DNA of 57,275 nt from Ministeria vibrans ATCC 50519 (taxonomy: Eukaryota > Protista > Filasterea), in the NCBI GenBank assembly GCA_943704425.1, contig CALSCP010000515.1, positions 21,914 through 79,188 of the forward strand, in the 5' to 3' direction. A program made the translations under genes and the position numbers. Of this stretch, positions 1 to 14,472 are shown piece after piece. A model generated the notes under the pieces. That model was not told the origin of the DNA, searched no databases, and saw only the letters and a list, made by a program, of their open reading frames with translations. Numbering within the stretch: position 1 is the first letter of the stretch; each line of letters starts with the position of its first letter.

Positions 1-246
1 TCTCTATCACTTTGTTTCTCTCTCTATCACTTTGTTTCTCTCTCTCTATCACTTTGTTTCTCTTCTCTGTCACTTTGTTTCTCTCTCTATCACTTTGTTT
101 CTCTCTCTCTATCACTTTGTTTCTCTCTCTCTATCACTTTGTTTCTCTCTCTCTCTATCACTTTGTTTCTCTCTCTCTATCACTTTGTTTCTCTCTCTCT
201 CTATCACTTTGTTTCTTTCTCCCTCCTCTCTCTCTCTCTCTCTCTT
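1..246. repeat. Tandem minisatellite (CT)n-ATCACTTTGTTT, intronic (ends at acceptor TTAG 248)
   Basis: About 8 copies of CTATCACTTTGTTT separated by CT runs; the ORFs here (LSLCFSLS...) are repeat artefacts. Confidence 0.9.
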
Positions 247-248
247 AG

Positions 249-335
249 AAAATTGTGCAGAAGTACTTTCCCGCCGGTCAAAAGTGTCTCATGCCCACTC
301 GTCACTCTCCACTCGACCACACGAAGACATACTAA
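249..335 (+). CDS. Probable last coding exon of a gene that starts upstream of the window (KIVQKYFPAGQKCLMPTRHSPLDHTKTY*)
   Basis: Polypyrimidine tract + AG at 247-248, open frame to TAA 333-335, convergent with the MCM8 3' end; phase assumed, product not recognised. Confidence 0.5.
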   Translation, partial: KIVQKYFPAGQKCLMPTRHSPLDHTKTY

Positions 336-439
336 TCACACACACACGCACGCACATCGACACACTGTCTTTTGTACAAAGTTAAACTGAATTTCACTCT
401 CATTTTCATCATATTATTATATACACCATTGTTAAGGGT

Positions 440-3400
440 TCACTCTTGCAGACGCAACTGGTACGTTCGCCCCGGCTTTTTCAGGAGATAGCCCTACACA
501 CACAAACACAGACACAAAACACATACAATTAATGTAAACTATCCTTACTCGCGTAAATTCTTCATACTTGGGCATTCATGGTGTCCACCAAATCAAGAAA
601 CGACGTTTGCGGCCGGATACCATGTACTCCAGCCGTGTGTCGCAAGTCGTCGAGGGAAAACCTATTCTTGCCTGTCTCCTCCGCTTTACGACCCAAAATC
701 GCCACAAATCGCTTCACCATCGCCTGCTTGCTCATACCCGTTCCATTTTGCGACCTACTCTCAATAATCAATCACGAGCAAAATAAACTTCTGTAATCTC
801 CTCAGGTGTACGTACCTGTCAAAAGCGAGTCCACCAGTGCCGTCCGAGAATACATCGCACATGCTGTTGCGCATAATCTCTACCACATCCTCAGCATCTT
901 CCACAGTCACTCGCTCTCGCAACTCAAGCCGTGCACGCGCTACACACAAGTATTACACACAACACAAACACACTCAATCAACAAACAAAATCGTACTCCA
1001 TTTGCTTTAGCACTCACCTTCGGCCAATCGAATAAGACTCTCAAGTTGTCGCGTCGTAATTGGAGTACTGTCTTGCTTCTGGTACTTGCGACGGAGGTCC
1101 ACATAAAAATCTTGAAGGACCTTGCTTGCACCCGATGACAAGCGTGGATGCACATACTTGCGAGCGTACGCAATGTACTTTCGCAGCAGCGCCGAAGGTA
1201 TAGGGTCCTTCAGGTCGGAATACTTGAGACGCTCGAGAAGTGGTCGGCCCGACAAAGACGTCTCGTCCGTACCCTCTGCACCTCCTACTCCACATGTTGC
1301 TCCTGCTGCACTAGGTCCTGCTCCTGCTGGTCCCGCTGCAGCGCTTGCAGTTGCCCCGCCACGCGAGCCAAAAAAGGGTGAGGAGGCCACGCCTGCATCT
1401 TCGCCTCGAAGACTCAGCAGCTGCGACGAACTGAGCACGTGCTGCGACGTGGCCAAGCTCGCTGCCGTGGCACGCGCACGACGTGACAGATCCACTTTGC
1501 CCGCGTGAATGGCCATGACGTGCTCCGACAGTAGTCGGTCCATCTCCTCGTCGGGCTTGTCGAGCAGGATGAACACAAGGTCGAAACGCGACAACAGCGC
1601 CGAGCCCATGCGAAGGTTCTCCGACACCGTCTTTGCTTTGTTGTAGTGTCCGCCTACGGGGTTCGCCGCCGCAATGATGGACGTGCGCGCCGGCAAACTG
1701 CACACAATGCCAGCCTTGGCGATGCTAATACTCTGCTGCTCCATCGCCTCAAGCAACGCGTTGTGCTCCGCACCCATCTTGTCAAACTCGTCGATGCAAC
1801 AACAGCCTTGGTCGCCCAACACCAACGCGCCCGCCTCCAGCGCATAGTCGCCGCTCCCACCTTCCTTTATCATCGTCACCGTAAGACCACTGGTGGTCGC
1901 CGTGTTACCGCACACGTACACACCACGCGGCATCACAGACGTCGCCGCCTGCAGCATCTGACTTTTGCCCAGTCCCGGATCGCCAACAATAAGAATGTGC
2001 GGATCGCTGCGAATGGGCATACTGCTGCTGCTCGCACTACTCGTGGCACCACCACCGCCACCACCGCCTGCACCACCGTCCGCACCTGCGCCTCCGCCGC
2101 CACCACCACCGCCACGATGACGCCCGCCAAAGAGCGTCAAACTGATGCCCGCCTTGACCGTCTCGTGGCCGTAAATGGAAGGACAGAGCGAGTTGATGAG
2201 CAGCGCAAAGAGTCTCGGTTGGTTTTGAATCTCCTGAATCGCATAGAGGTCCTGCAACGAAAACTCCATAATGTCCACCGAGCCAGTGCCCATGGATCGC
2301 GCATTGCTCACGCTGTTGGCAAGAAGATACAGCACAAACATGTTCTTGGTGCCAGCCTTGCTCTGAGGCATCTTGACACCCTCTTGGGCCGCGGTCACCT
2401 TGACCTCGCCTGCAACGGTCACGACATCACCCGGGATGCACGAATCGACAAGACCCTCGACAAGCTCACACTCAATGGTGCGCGGGATGCGTCCGGCGTC
2501 CGCCGAGTCGTCGCTGATGATTTCTTGGACACGCACCGTTTGCCAGTCAATGGTGGACGTAATGGGCGACGCACGGTCTGGCTGAAACTGTTTGCTTTTG
2601 CAATCACCAATGCACTGCAACGGAGGTGCATACTTGCCGTCGACAAGACTCACCGGGTGCGTCTCCATGCACTTGTTGCACACAAACGCCATGCGAGTCA
2701 CCATTGGTTTGACATTGCTCACGCGAATTACTGTCCCACGAATACTCACAAAGCGTCCTGCATCAAATTAATGCAGAAGAATATAAAAAAACAAGGCAAA
2801 GGGTGCAGCGGAGCACGATGATAATAGTATTATTTTGTAATGTCTTCCGAGTGTTTGTCTTCTTACCAATCGAATTTGACTTGAGCTTGCGCACTGGCGT
2901 AATCTTGTCGTAGTTGTAGATGCGCACATACAGCTTGGGTGGCATTCGTGTAAAGAGGGGCGGCATTGTCGGCTCGGCGTACACCACTTGGAAAGCGGCA
3001 AAGCCAAAGCAGGCAAGTGCATAGGCGGGTCGTTCGCGCAGTTCGTCGGGAAGACCCGCCAGCGCACCTACGCACTCGGTAATGAGGTCCTGGTAGTCAA
3101 TGAGAATTCCGTTGTATTTCTCCACCGTCGCCTAGGTGTGTGATCAGGTGAGAATGTTTTTATATTTCTCTCTTGTTTATCCTAGTTGAGTATGTGTGAA
3201 AACACCTTGTTGATAAAATCAGGCTTGGCACGACAGTACTCCTTCAATGACCGAACGAGAGTACCCGCTTCGCCGTCTTCGTCAAATGCTACAAGATACC
3301 AGGAGGTGGATGAGCGCATCTGAGCGTAGAATGACACGAAACGTTTTCTCTTTTTCCATTCTTTTTTTTTTTTTTGCGTGAACGCGACGCGCGACTAACG

Positions 3401-3750
3401 GCGAAGAGTTGGCGTTGAAGAACGCCGAAAATCATAGAATGCGCACGCCAGATACCTGAGTGTGGAAAGTACAAACCCCATCCATAGGAATGTGGGTTGG
3501 GCGGTGCTTCGGGTCGAGGAGGAGGCGGTGTGGGAATGGTTGGGACGTTTCGCTGTTGAAACCCGCCACGGCCAGCACCGCCACCGCGCGGGACCAAGCG
3601 AGTCGGCGGAGTCTCGGGAACGCTCGTGACAGTGTCGTCTTCCTGTGCGTGACTCGGTCCAGCACCCGAGCCTGTCGAACCACCTCGACCACGACCACGA
3701 CCGCGCCAACGACCGCGGCCACCGCCGCCACGCCCTCTCCAGTTACTCAT
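440..3750 (-). CDS. MCM8: DNA helicase MCM8 (multi-exon)
   Basis: RG-rich N-terminus and GWGLYF as in animal MCM8; C4 zinc motif CNKC..C..C; Walker A GDPGLGKSQ; IDEFDKM; arginine finger SRFD; ITTRQLESLIRL; last exon GYLLKKPGRTYQLRLQE*; GT-AG introns. Confidence 0.93.
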
Positions 3751-3867
3751 CACACGATAACAGGATGGAAAGCAGATAATTTTGTGACAACGGTACAGTT
3801 AACAATAATTATTTATGCCGATTTGTTTGTTTAATTGTGTTGTTTTTTATTTATTTGTCTCTTTCAG

Positions 3868-6795
<2,928 letters not shown>

Positions 6796-7003
6796 AGTAA
6801 CTGGTTGATGTTCCTCAATGCACGATAGTATATAATAGTGATGAGTGACAATCATGTGCCACAGTATGTGCACATGAATACGATCAAAGATCAATTGGCA
6901 GAAGACAGATGGAACTCTCATAGAAATATTGTGTTGCTCTTTGTTTTGTATATTGTTTTGCTTTGTCATTGAGTACTCGATTCTTTTATATTCAATTTAG
7001 TTC

Positions 7004-10000
7004 ATGGCTTGCCTTCCGCCTGCGTCGAATTGGTACTGCGACTCACTCGCTAGTGAAGTGCATACTGATGACGAAGGGGTGCGTCGGTGTCTCGTGGCGT
7101 ACGCAGCAGCGCGAACTTCCGTGGTGATTCTTGATGCGACTCAGTCAACACAGTTGCGTGTTCTTTCGACCTTTGCTCTCTCGAGCCACCCCGATCGAGT
7201 GACGGGCGTTGCCTTCAACACCGAGGCGACAGTCCTTGCCACAAGCTGCGCCGATGGTCGTGTGCGTCTGTGGAACGCTCGATCGCGCGCGCGTCTCGTT
7301 GTTCTGCAAGACGCGCCGTCGTCGCTGTCCGCCGCCTCCGCTTCGTCCAAGACGCCAAAGCGTCGTCGTAAAGGCGCCCCTGCAAGCTCGAGCACAACCG
7401 AAGAAATGACCTGTGTCACTTTTTGCGCTGGCAGCACGCATGTAGTGGCGGGAACGTCGCGCGGCGCACTCATCGCGTGGAGTGTGGTGCGCCACGGTGA
7501 CTTTCAGCCGTCCGAGCCAGTCTCACTGGTGCTACCGGGCTCGTCCGTGGCAAAATTTGGACCGGTGACATGCTTGCGTGCAACCGGGAGCGACTGCGGC
7601 GACCACGGCAATCTTGTGGCGGCCGGCTACCGTGGTGGTGTCGTGCACATTGTCGATGTGGTGCGCAACGAAACGGTCCAACTGCTGCGCGGTCACGAAG
7701 AAGAGGTGCTATCACTTGCCTGGTCGCCACTCGCTTCGACGTCATCTCAGACGCAACTTATGCTGGCATCAGGCGCGCGCGATCGCACGGTGCGCGTGTG
7801 GAATGCCACAACTGGTGTGCAGCTCGCGTCCACTCCTGTGCCCCATAAAGGGGCGTCCAAGGACGAGCGACACTTTAGCCATCAGCAACAGCTGCAGCGT
7901 GTCTGGTCTGCAGTACTCTGGTGCGATTCTCATCGTCTTTTCATTTCCTCGCTCAGTGGCGACGTCTACGCCTGGTCACCTCCCTGCTGCGCGACGTTGT
8001 CGTCATCTTCGTCGTCGGTGGTGTCGTCGGCTTCGACAACCACCACCAAATCTGCTTCCAAAAAAGGCGGTTCGGCTCAGCTGACGCACCTCACCAAGCT
8101 GTCGGGTACACCGCACTCGCGCATCGTGTTTAGCATGTGTCGCACGGGCGTCGATCCGGAACGCACGGAGTTCCTCTCGACGAGCATGGACCGTCGCTTG
8201 GTGGTTTGGGACGGCACGTCGAGTGTGGGTGCGCTGTCGACCATTGGCTCGCATGTGAGTGCGATTGACGTGTCACCCGTCGACGGCAAACGTGTTGCTG
8301 TGGCCAGTGGCGACGCTTGTATCCGTTTGTGGTCGAGGACGGGTGCGACGGGCAGCGGCGACTGTGTGGTACTCTGGCGTGGACTTCAGAACAAGGTGGC
8401 TGCGGTGGCGTGGCATCCGCTCGACGAAAGTGTGCTTGCCTTTGGTATGGAAGACGGTCGTGTGGGCACATTTGATGTGTTCTCGCACCAGGCATGGTTT
8501 TCAGACGTGCGTCATGGCAACTCGTGTGTCTACACCGTGTGTTGGTCGCGAAAGGGCGAGTCGAGTCAGGCGATGGAGGTAGACAAAGGGGGCGAGGAGG
8601 AACAGGAGGAGATTGGATTGAGAGCGCGGGCGGTGCTATGGAGTTGCGGCGGTGACGGCATGGTGGTGCGACATGCGCGAGATGAGGGTGTGCGCGCGTG
8701 CAACGTCAACGAGTTGCTTGTGGGACCCAGAGACGACAACGACGAGTCGTCGCCAAGTATGGGAAGTGGTGGTGGAGGTGCAGTGATGTTGTCAAAGAGA
8801 AGCGACGTGAGGTTTGCGTATGACGTGCCGTCGCAAGTTGCTCTTGCCAGCACCACAGGCAGCATTGACGTGTACAATGCGTTGGCAGACGAGCGTGGAC
8901 CGTGGAGGAACGTCGCCCAGCTGTGCGGACACACACGGCGCGTCAATGCACTTGCCTGGGAGCGCAACGGCCGACGACTTGCCTCGGGCACGGACGACGG
9001 TCACATCCGTGTGCATCTTGTGCCCACCGCCGCATCCAGTGACACATGTATACAGAGTGTGCAGGCAGTGGCCGTGCTGCGCGGCCACTCGCGCTCCGTG
9101 ACCGACCTCGATTGGTGCTCAATGGGCCTGGCGTCGTCGTCGTACGATGGGACTGTCCAAGTGTGGAACCCAACAACGTCGGTTGCGCTCGACAATGATG
9201 CGCCGGAGCAGTTTGAGGGCACAGCAAATTTTCGCGGCCATGTGGGCACACGGGTGAGTACAGTGCGTTGGCAAAGTCACCATGCGCATCAGCAAGCGGG
9301 TATGCTCGTGTCGGCGGGCGACGATCAGTGTGTTCGTGTGTGGTCAATGACCGAGCAACCTCATCGTACGCCACCCGAGCTACCTTCACTCAAGCGCAAG
9401 GCACGACGAGCCGATGGCGAGTCGGATGCTGCCAGCGGGAATGGTGGTGGTGGTGGTGGTACGTTGAATGGCGCAACGGTAGTCGAGGTCGCGCAAAAGG
9501 AAGCGATGGAGAAGGAACAAAAGCGACGCAAGGTTCAGGCTTCCGAGTCTGCGAAGAAGAGGACGGTGAAGGACACGCAGTCGCGCGTGCCAGCCTCACT
9601 CGACGTTGCCCACGCGTCAATGACCGAGATTGAATCGGCTGTGTCCCCATCAACACTGTGGATGTACCAGGGGAACGTGCTTGCAGCTTTACGTGCGGCA
9701 CGCGAATCGCTCACTTCAGATTTGGTGGCGTGGAGCGCGAGTGCCGGTGAGGCGGTTTGGCGGGCGTGTGCGCGACTGTACGCGGCACAATTGCAGGCGC
9801 AGTCACGACCGCACGATGCCGTCGGCTATCTCTTGGCCGTTGGCGACGTGACGGCCGCCATTGAGGCGTATCGTAGTGCTGGACTGGACCGAGATGCGAT
9901 GCTTGTCGAACGAATGCAGGTGAGGCACACAGTCGTGTCGCAGGGTGACGCGCTGGTGGCTGAGTGGACTCAAGAGAAGGTAGAGCACCACGACCTCGTG

Positions 10001-10531
10001 CATGGCGCATGCTCCCTGCGGGGTCGGTCACTCGACCCGCTTCTAGATCGGCTGGCCAGGTGGGAGTGCGAAGGAGGCGGCACGGGAAGAAGCGCTGCGG
10101 GTGGTGTAGTGGGTGCGCTAGTGGCACTCGCTCGTGATTCAAATGAACACCACTATCGCGCTCTACTGAACACGCCGAATGTACCCCTGGCCATTATTGG
10201 TGCAGTGCCCTCTGAGCAGCTGTGGCAGAGCTTGAGTGACGAGAGTCGTGCGTGTCATTTGCGTGCACTTGTATCATGCTCGATTGAAGAGCTGCAGATC
10301 ACCGACCAAGTTGTTCAAACGATGGTGTTTAATGAGGTTAGCGAGAGAGAGATTGTGTGTGTGTGTGTGTCTGTGTATGTGTGTCCTGATACTTAGAGCC
10401 ATTTCATTTGTTTTTTGTAGAGCCTGTCTGCTGCAACTGCGTCGACCAATGCGCGCCTCTTGCTTGAGCGTGTGCCTAAGGGGACCCTCCTTGCTGCTAA
10501 GATTGGTGCGTTTCTCAAGACGTGTACATGA
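7004..10531 (+). CDS. GEMIN5: Gem-associated protein 5 (WD40 repeats plus TPR-like region), SMN complex
   Basis: N-terminus LPPASNWYC resembles Gemin5 LPPSPNWY; many WD40 repeats; LSTSMDR, AFGMEDGRVG; C-terminal YLLAVGDVTAAIEAY; one intron 10337-10420, stop at 10531. Confidence 0.82.
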
Positions 10532-10601
10532 AAATCGTAAAGTAACAATGAAGCAAACAACGACGTTTCAAGTGTACAAGAGGGGTGAAGAGAAGTGTGT
10601 A

Positions 10602-11072
10602 CTATTGGGCATTCGAAGACGACTCGCCGTTGGTCTGGGATGGTAAATGGCGATGCCCTAACAGAGACAAGAAAGCGTTTGAGAGATGTTTGAAATGTCG
10701 ACGGAATGTTGCACAGAAAGGGAGGGGGTCTACAGGGGAGAGGGGGCGTACAGGGGTAGTCGCTGGGCCTCTGGTCGGGTTCTCTTCCAACAACAGCCAC
10801 GAGAAGTGGGCCTGTGAGTAGGAGGAAAAAAAGAGAAGGTCAGAAAGAGAGAGCACTTTTGATGAAAACGCATTGAAATGGACGTGTTGCTCGACTCGTC
10901 TGCGCCTATCCCCTCTCAACGACATCACTTGCGCTTGTGCGCACGACGGTGTGCCTTGACGAGGCCTTTTCTTTTTCTTTCTTTGGTTACCAGAGACGAA
11001 CAAAAGAGTACTGAGAGCAATTACGGGCTGTTCGGCGACGAAGCGCTTGAAGAATCGATGGAAACCCGACAT
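10602..11072 (-). CDS. About 65-aa single-TM protein, NDUFA3/NI9M-like complex I accessory subunit (3 exons)
   Basis: Spliced MSGFHRFFKRFVAEQPVIALSTLLFVSG|PLLVAVVGREPDQRPSDYP|WHRHLPSQTNGESSSNAQ*; pattern FLK..W.KEPV..S + TM + YP resembles NDUFA3; canonical GT-AG introns. Confidence 0.6.
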   Translation of the reverse strand: MSGFHRFFKRFVAEQPVIALSTLLFVSGNQRKKKKRPRQGTPSCAQAQVMSLRGDRRRRVEQHVHFNAFSSKVLSLSDLLFFSSYSQAHFSWLLLEENPTRGPATTPVRPLSPVDPLPFCATFRRHFKHLSNAFLSLLGHRHLPSQTNGESSSNAQ

Positions 11073-11226
11073 GACAATGGGGATGGACAAGCAGGAATGA
11101 GAATTTTTATTAACTTAAGACAGTTAAAGAGAGCTGAGTGATATAATATTATTTATAATGATAATATTTTTATTTTATTTTGTGAGCAGTGAGACTCATT
11201 TTTTTTTTACATTTCACGGTGCAACT

Positions 11227-12977
11227 ATGACGACTGTCCAAAAGATTGCCGACATTGAGGCCGAGATGGCCCGAACGCAAAAGAATAAGGTCGGAATGCG
11301 CTCTTGAGAGATTCGTCTTCGTTCCATCTGACCCTCCTTCCTGCTCAACTAGGCGACATCTCGACATCTGGGCGAGCTGAAAGTATGGGAAACAGGATGA
11401 TCGCAGCCTGATGAGCAGTCTGATGTCTTGTGTTCTGTGTGTCTGTGTGTTTTTTTTTTTCTTCTTTTTTTTGCCATGACAGGCGAAACTTGCACAATTG
11501 CGTCGTGAGCTTATCTCGCCAAAGGGGGCGGGTGCGAGCAAGCCCGGCGAAGGATTCGATGTAGCCAAGACTGGAGATGCTCGAGTGGGGTTTGTAGGGT
11601 TTCCCTCTGTGGGCAAAGTAAGAACGACGGAATTTTTCTCGTTTTCTGGTCTGTGACACACTTTGCCGCCTTGTCGCTCTCTTGGGCTGCAGAGTACGCT
11701 GCTGAGCAACTTGGCGGGAGTCCATTCGGAAGTAGCAGCCTACGAGTTCACCACGCTGACGACTGTCCCGGGCGTGATCCGCTACAAGGGCGCAAAGATC
11801 CAGCTGCTGGATCTGCCCGGAATCATTGAGGGCGCCAAAGACGGCAAAGGCAGAGGCAGACAAGTAAGCATGCGTGGCATGCCGTGCGCGTTTGGCTGAC
11901 CGTTGTTTTGCTGTTCTCTATAGGTGATTGCGGTGGCGCGGACGTGCTCCCTCATTCTGATTGTGTTGGACGTGCTCAAGCCGCTGCAGCACAAGCGCAT
12001 TATTGAGAAGGAACTCGAAGGATTTGGCATCCGTCTCAACAAAGAGCCGCCGAACATCTACTTTAAGAAGAAGGAGAAGGGTGGCGTCAACTTCAACTCG
12101 ACCGTACGACATGCGAAACCTGATTGCGGACGTTGAATTGGATTGTTTAGGTGTCACTGACCCATTTGGATTTGGATCTGGTCAAGTCGGTTCTGAGCGA
12201 ATACAAAATCCACAATGCGGATGTGACTGTGCGATTTGACGCAACCGTCGACGACTTGATTGACATCATTGAGGGCAATCGTGTGTTTGTGCCGTGCATC
12301 TACGTTCTCAACAAGATCGACCAGATCTCCATTGAGGTTCTCCCTTTCGCCTCTCCTTTGTTCTCTCTCATCATTCTCTCGTTTTTTTTTTTGTAGGAAC
12401 TTGAAATCATCTACAAAATCCCGCACTGTGTTCCCATTAGTGCACATCACAAATGGAACTTTGACGATTTGCTCGAGAAAATGTGGAACTACCTCCGTCT
12501 TGTGCGAGTGTACGCAAACACAGTCCACTCTCTTCTTGTCGTCACCTTTCTTTCCGTTTCCTCACTCACACATATCTACATCTACACACAGAGAGATAGA
12601 CACGCACACTCTCACTCTCACACACTTACTTACTCACGCATGCATCTATTTGTCGTCTTCTTCTCTCTTTTAGCTACACCAAACCTAAAGGCCAACTCCC
12701 TGACTACGAAGCTCCCATTGTCCTCCGCTCCGGTCGCTCCACAGTCGAGAGTTTTTGCAACTCTCTACACAAGTCTATTCTCGATCATCTCAAATAGTAC
12801 CGCCAAAAATGACACCCAACGAGAGAGCACTCTTTCGTCATACTCACGTTGTACACTTGTTTCTTCCTCCTTAGTGGTCTCGTGTGGGGCTCGTCAGTCA
12901 AGCACAATCCGCAAAAGGTTGGAAAGGAGCATTTACTCGAAGACGAAGATGTCATTCAACTTGTGAAAAAGGTCTAA
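11227..12977 (+). CDS. DRG1: Developmentally regulated GTP-binding protein 1 (Rbg1)
   Basis: [63 protein letters not shown] domain ending [12 protein letters not shown]. Confidence 0.95.
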
Positions 12978-13303
12978 AATTGAAATACTACAGAGAGATT
13001 AATGGAGAAACAAACATGTCAAACAAAACTAGTTCGCTGAGTTATTTATTAGTTTGTTTTATTACTCGAGGAGATGAAACTTCAATGCAATGGAGAGTAC
13101 TACAAGTTTATACATCGGTTCCCCCATTACCCATAGGCTCGTCTGGCTAGCCCCAAGAAGATCTTGGTGTAAAGTTTTTCATCCAAATATTTTATTGATT
13201 TCGACGATCGAATAATGAATATTCAATATCGATCAATTATCAATAATTCTCATTCCCCTAACGCGCCCTTTATCATTTCAGCTCCAGTCTTCCACCAGTT
13301 CCC

Positions 13304-14088
13304 ATGTCAGCTGTGAAAAGACTCACGCAAGAGTTCAAAGGTGCAATGCACCGCACTTTGAAATTGCCCTTCTCATTGTCTCTCCTGTTCAGAGCTCACT
13401 GTCGCCCCACCAGAGGGAATTGCAGCCGGGCCTGTGAGGTATGTGTTTAGAGAGCTCCCGTTCGCCCCCCTCGTCCTCTAATCGCGTCGCTACCCTCCCG
13501 TCTCGCGTCTCTTTTTGTGTTGTGCTAGCGACGAGAATTTCTTCGAATGGATTGCTTACATCATGGGACCGGACGAAAGCGACTACGAGGTCACGCGCCG
13601 ATCCACATGCGTGTGGGTGTGTTGCGTGCATGCTTACTGACACGCTTTCCTGTAGGCTGGAGTGTTCCAGGCACGTCTCAGCTTCCCCAAGGACTATCCG
13701 TTGAGTCCGCCCAAGATGAAGTTCACCTCCAAATTCTTCCATCCCAACGTCTTTCCTGACGGCACCGTCTGCATTTCGATCCTACATCCTCCTGGAGACG
13801 ATCCTCTTGGCTATGAATCATGGTAAAATGACCGAGGAGAGGAGGAGATTGATATCGCTGTGTGACTGACTGACCGTCTCGCGACTCTCCTCCTCCCCGA
13901 CCGACAGCTCCGAGCGATGGTCGCCAATTCAAAGCATTGAAAAGATTCTCCTATCCGTCTTGTCCATGCTTGCCGAACCCAATGATGAGAGCCCGGCCAA
14001 TGTGGATGCGAGTGTGATGCATCGTGACCGACCGCGCGAATTCACTGAGCGGGTCGACGCCTGTGTACGCGCTTCGCTCGGGCTCTGA
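13304..14088 (+). CDS. UBE2G2: Ubiquitin-conjugating enzyme E2 G2 / Ubc7
   Basis: [47 protein letters not shown] (acidic loop), [16 protein letters not shown], ends SLGL*. Confidence 0.93.
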
Positions 14089-14472
14089 CTGACGAATGCG
14101 TCGTGAAAGAACCATACTCAGAGTGACATATACCAATTGTACAGTACTGTAATCATTTTTTGAAAGTTGACTCAACTCATCAAGACGCAATGTGTTAGTT
14201 AAAACAAACTGTCAGTTAGTGATTGAGTAGGAGTGAGTGACAGGACAGCTCGTGCGAGAGGCTGGCTGAGCCGCATCCTGGTACATTCTAGCTGTACTTG
14301 TTACTACTTGTAACTTGGGTACCTAAACGGTGCTCGTCGCGCCACTGGTCCACACAAGAGACTTTTAGACTAACTTTAAGTGAGTGCACACGACAGATTA
14401 ATCAAATCTCCGAATTTTTAAGTTTTTAACTTTATTTCCTTGTATTGTCTGAATTGTCACTTACTACTGACC

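Noticed and set aside
1-246. CRISPR-like appearance of repeated ATCACTTTGTTT units (also 36225-36553)
   Set aside because: No unique spacers, only CT runs; eukaryotic intronic context; no cas genes
1646-2821. Long antisense ORFs (also 36708-37979, 55817-57061, 30704-31531)
   Set aside because: Shadows of GC-rich coding exons on the opposite strand, with no motifs
10585-10821. Plus-strand ORF with WRCP...RCLKC resembling a RanBP2 zinc finger
   Set aside because: Lacks the second Cys and the Asn; lies antisense to a well-spliced NDUFA3-like gene; Gemin5 already stops at 10531
11383-11482. C/D-box-like words (TGATGA, CTGA) in DRG1 intron 2
   Set aside because: Boxes are too close together and no guide could be identified
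14200-14400. GC-richer intergenic patch that might be a tRNA or snRNA
   Set aside because: No cloverleaf, A/B boxes, Sm site or snRNA signature found on either strand
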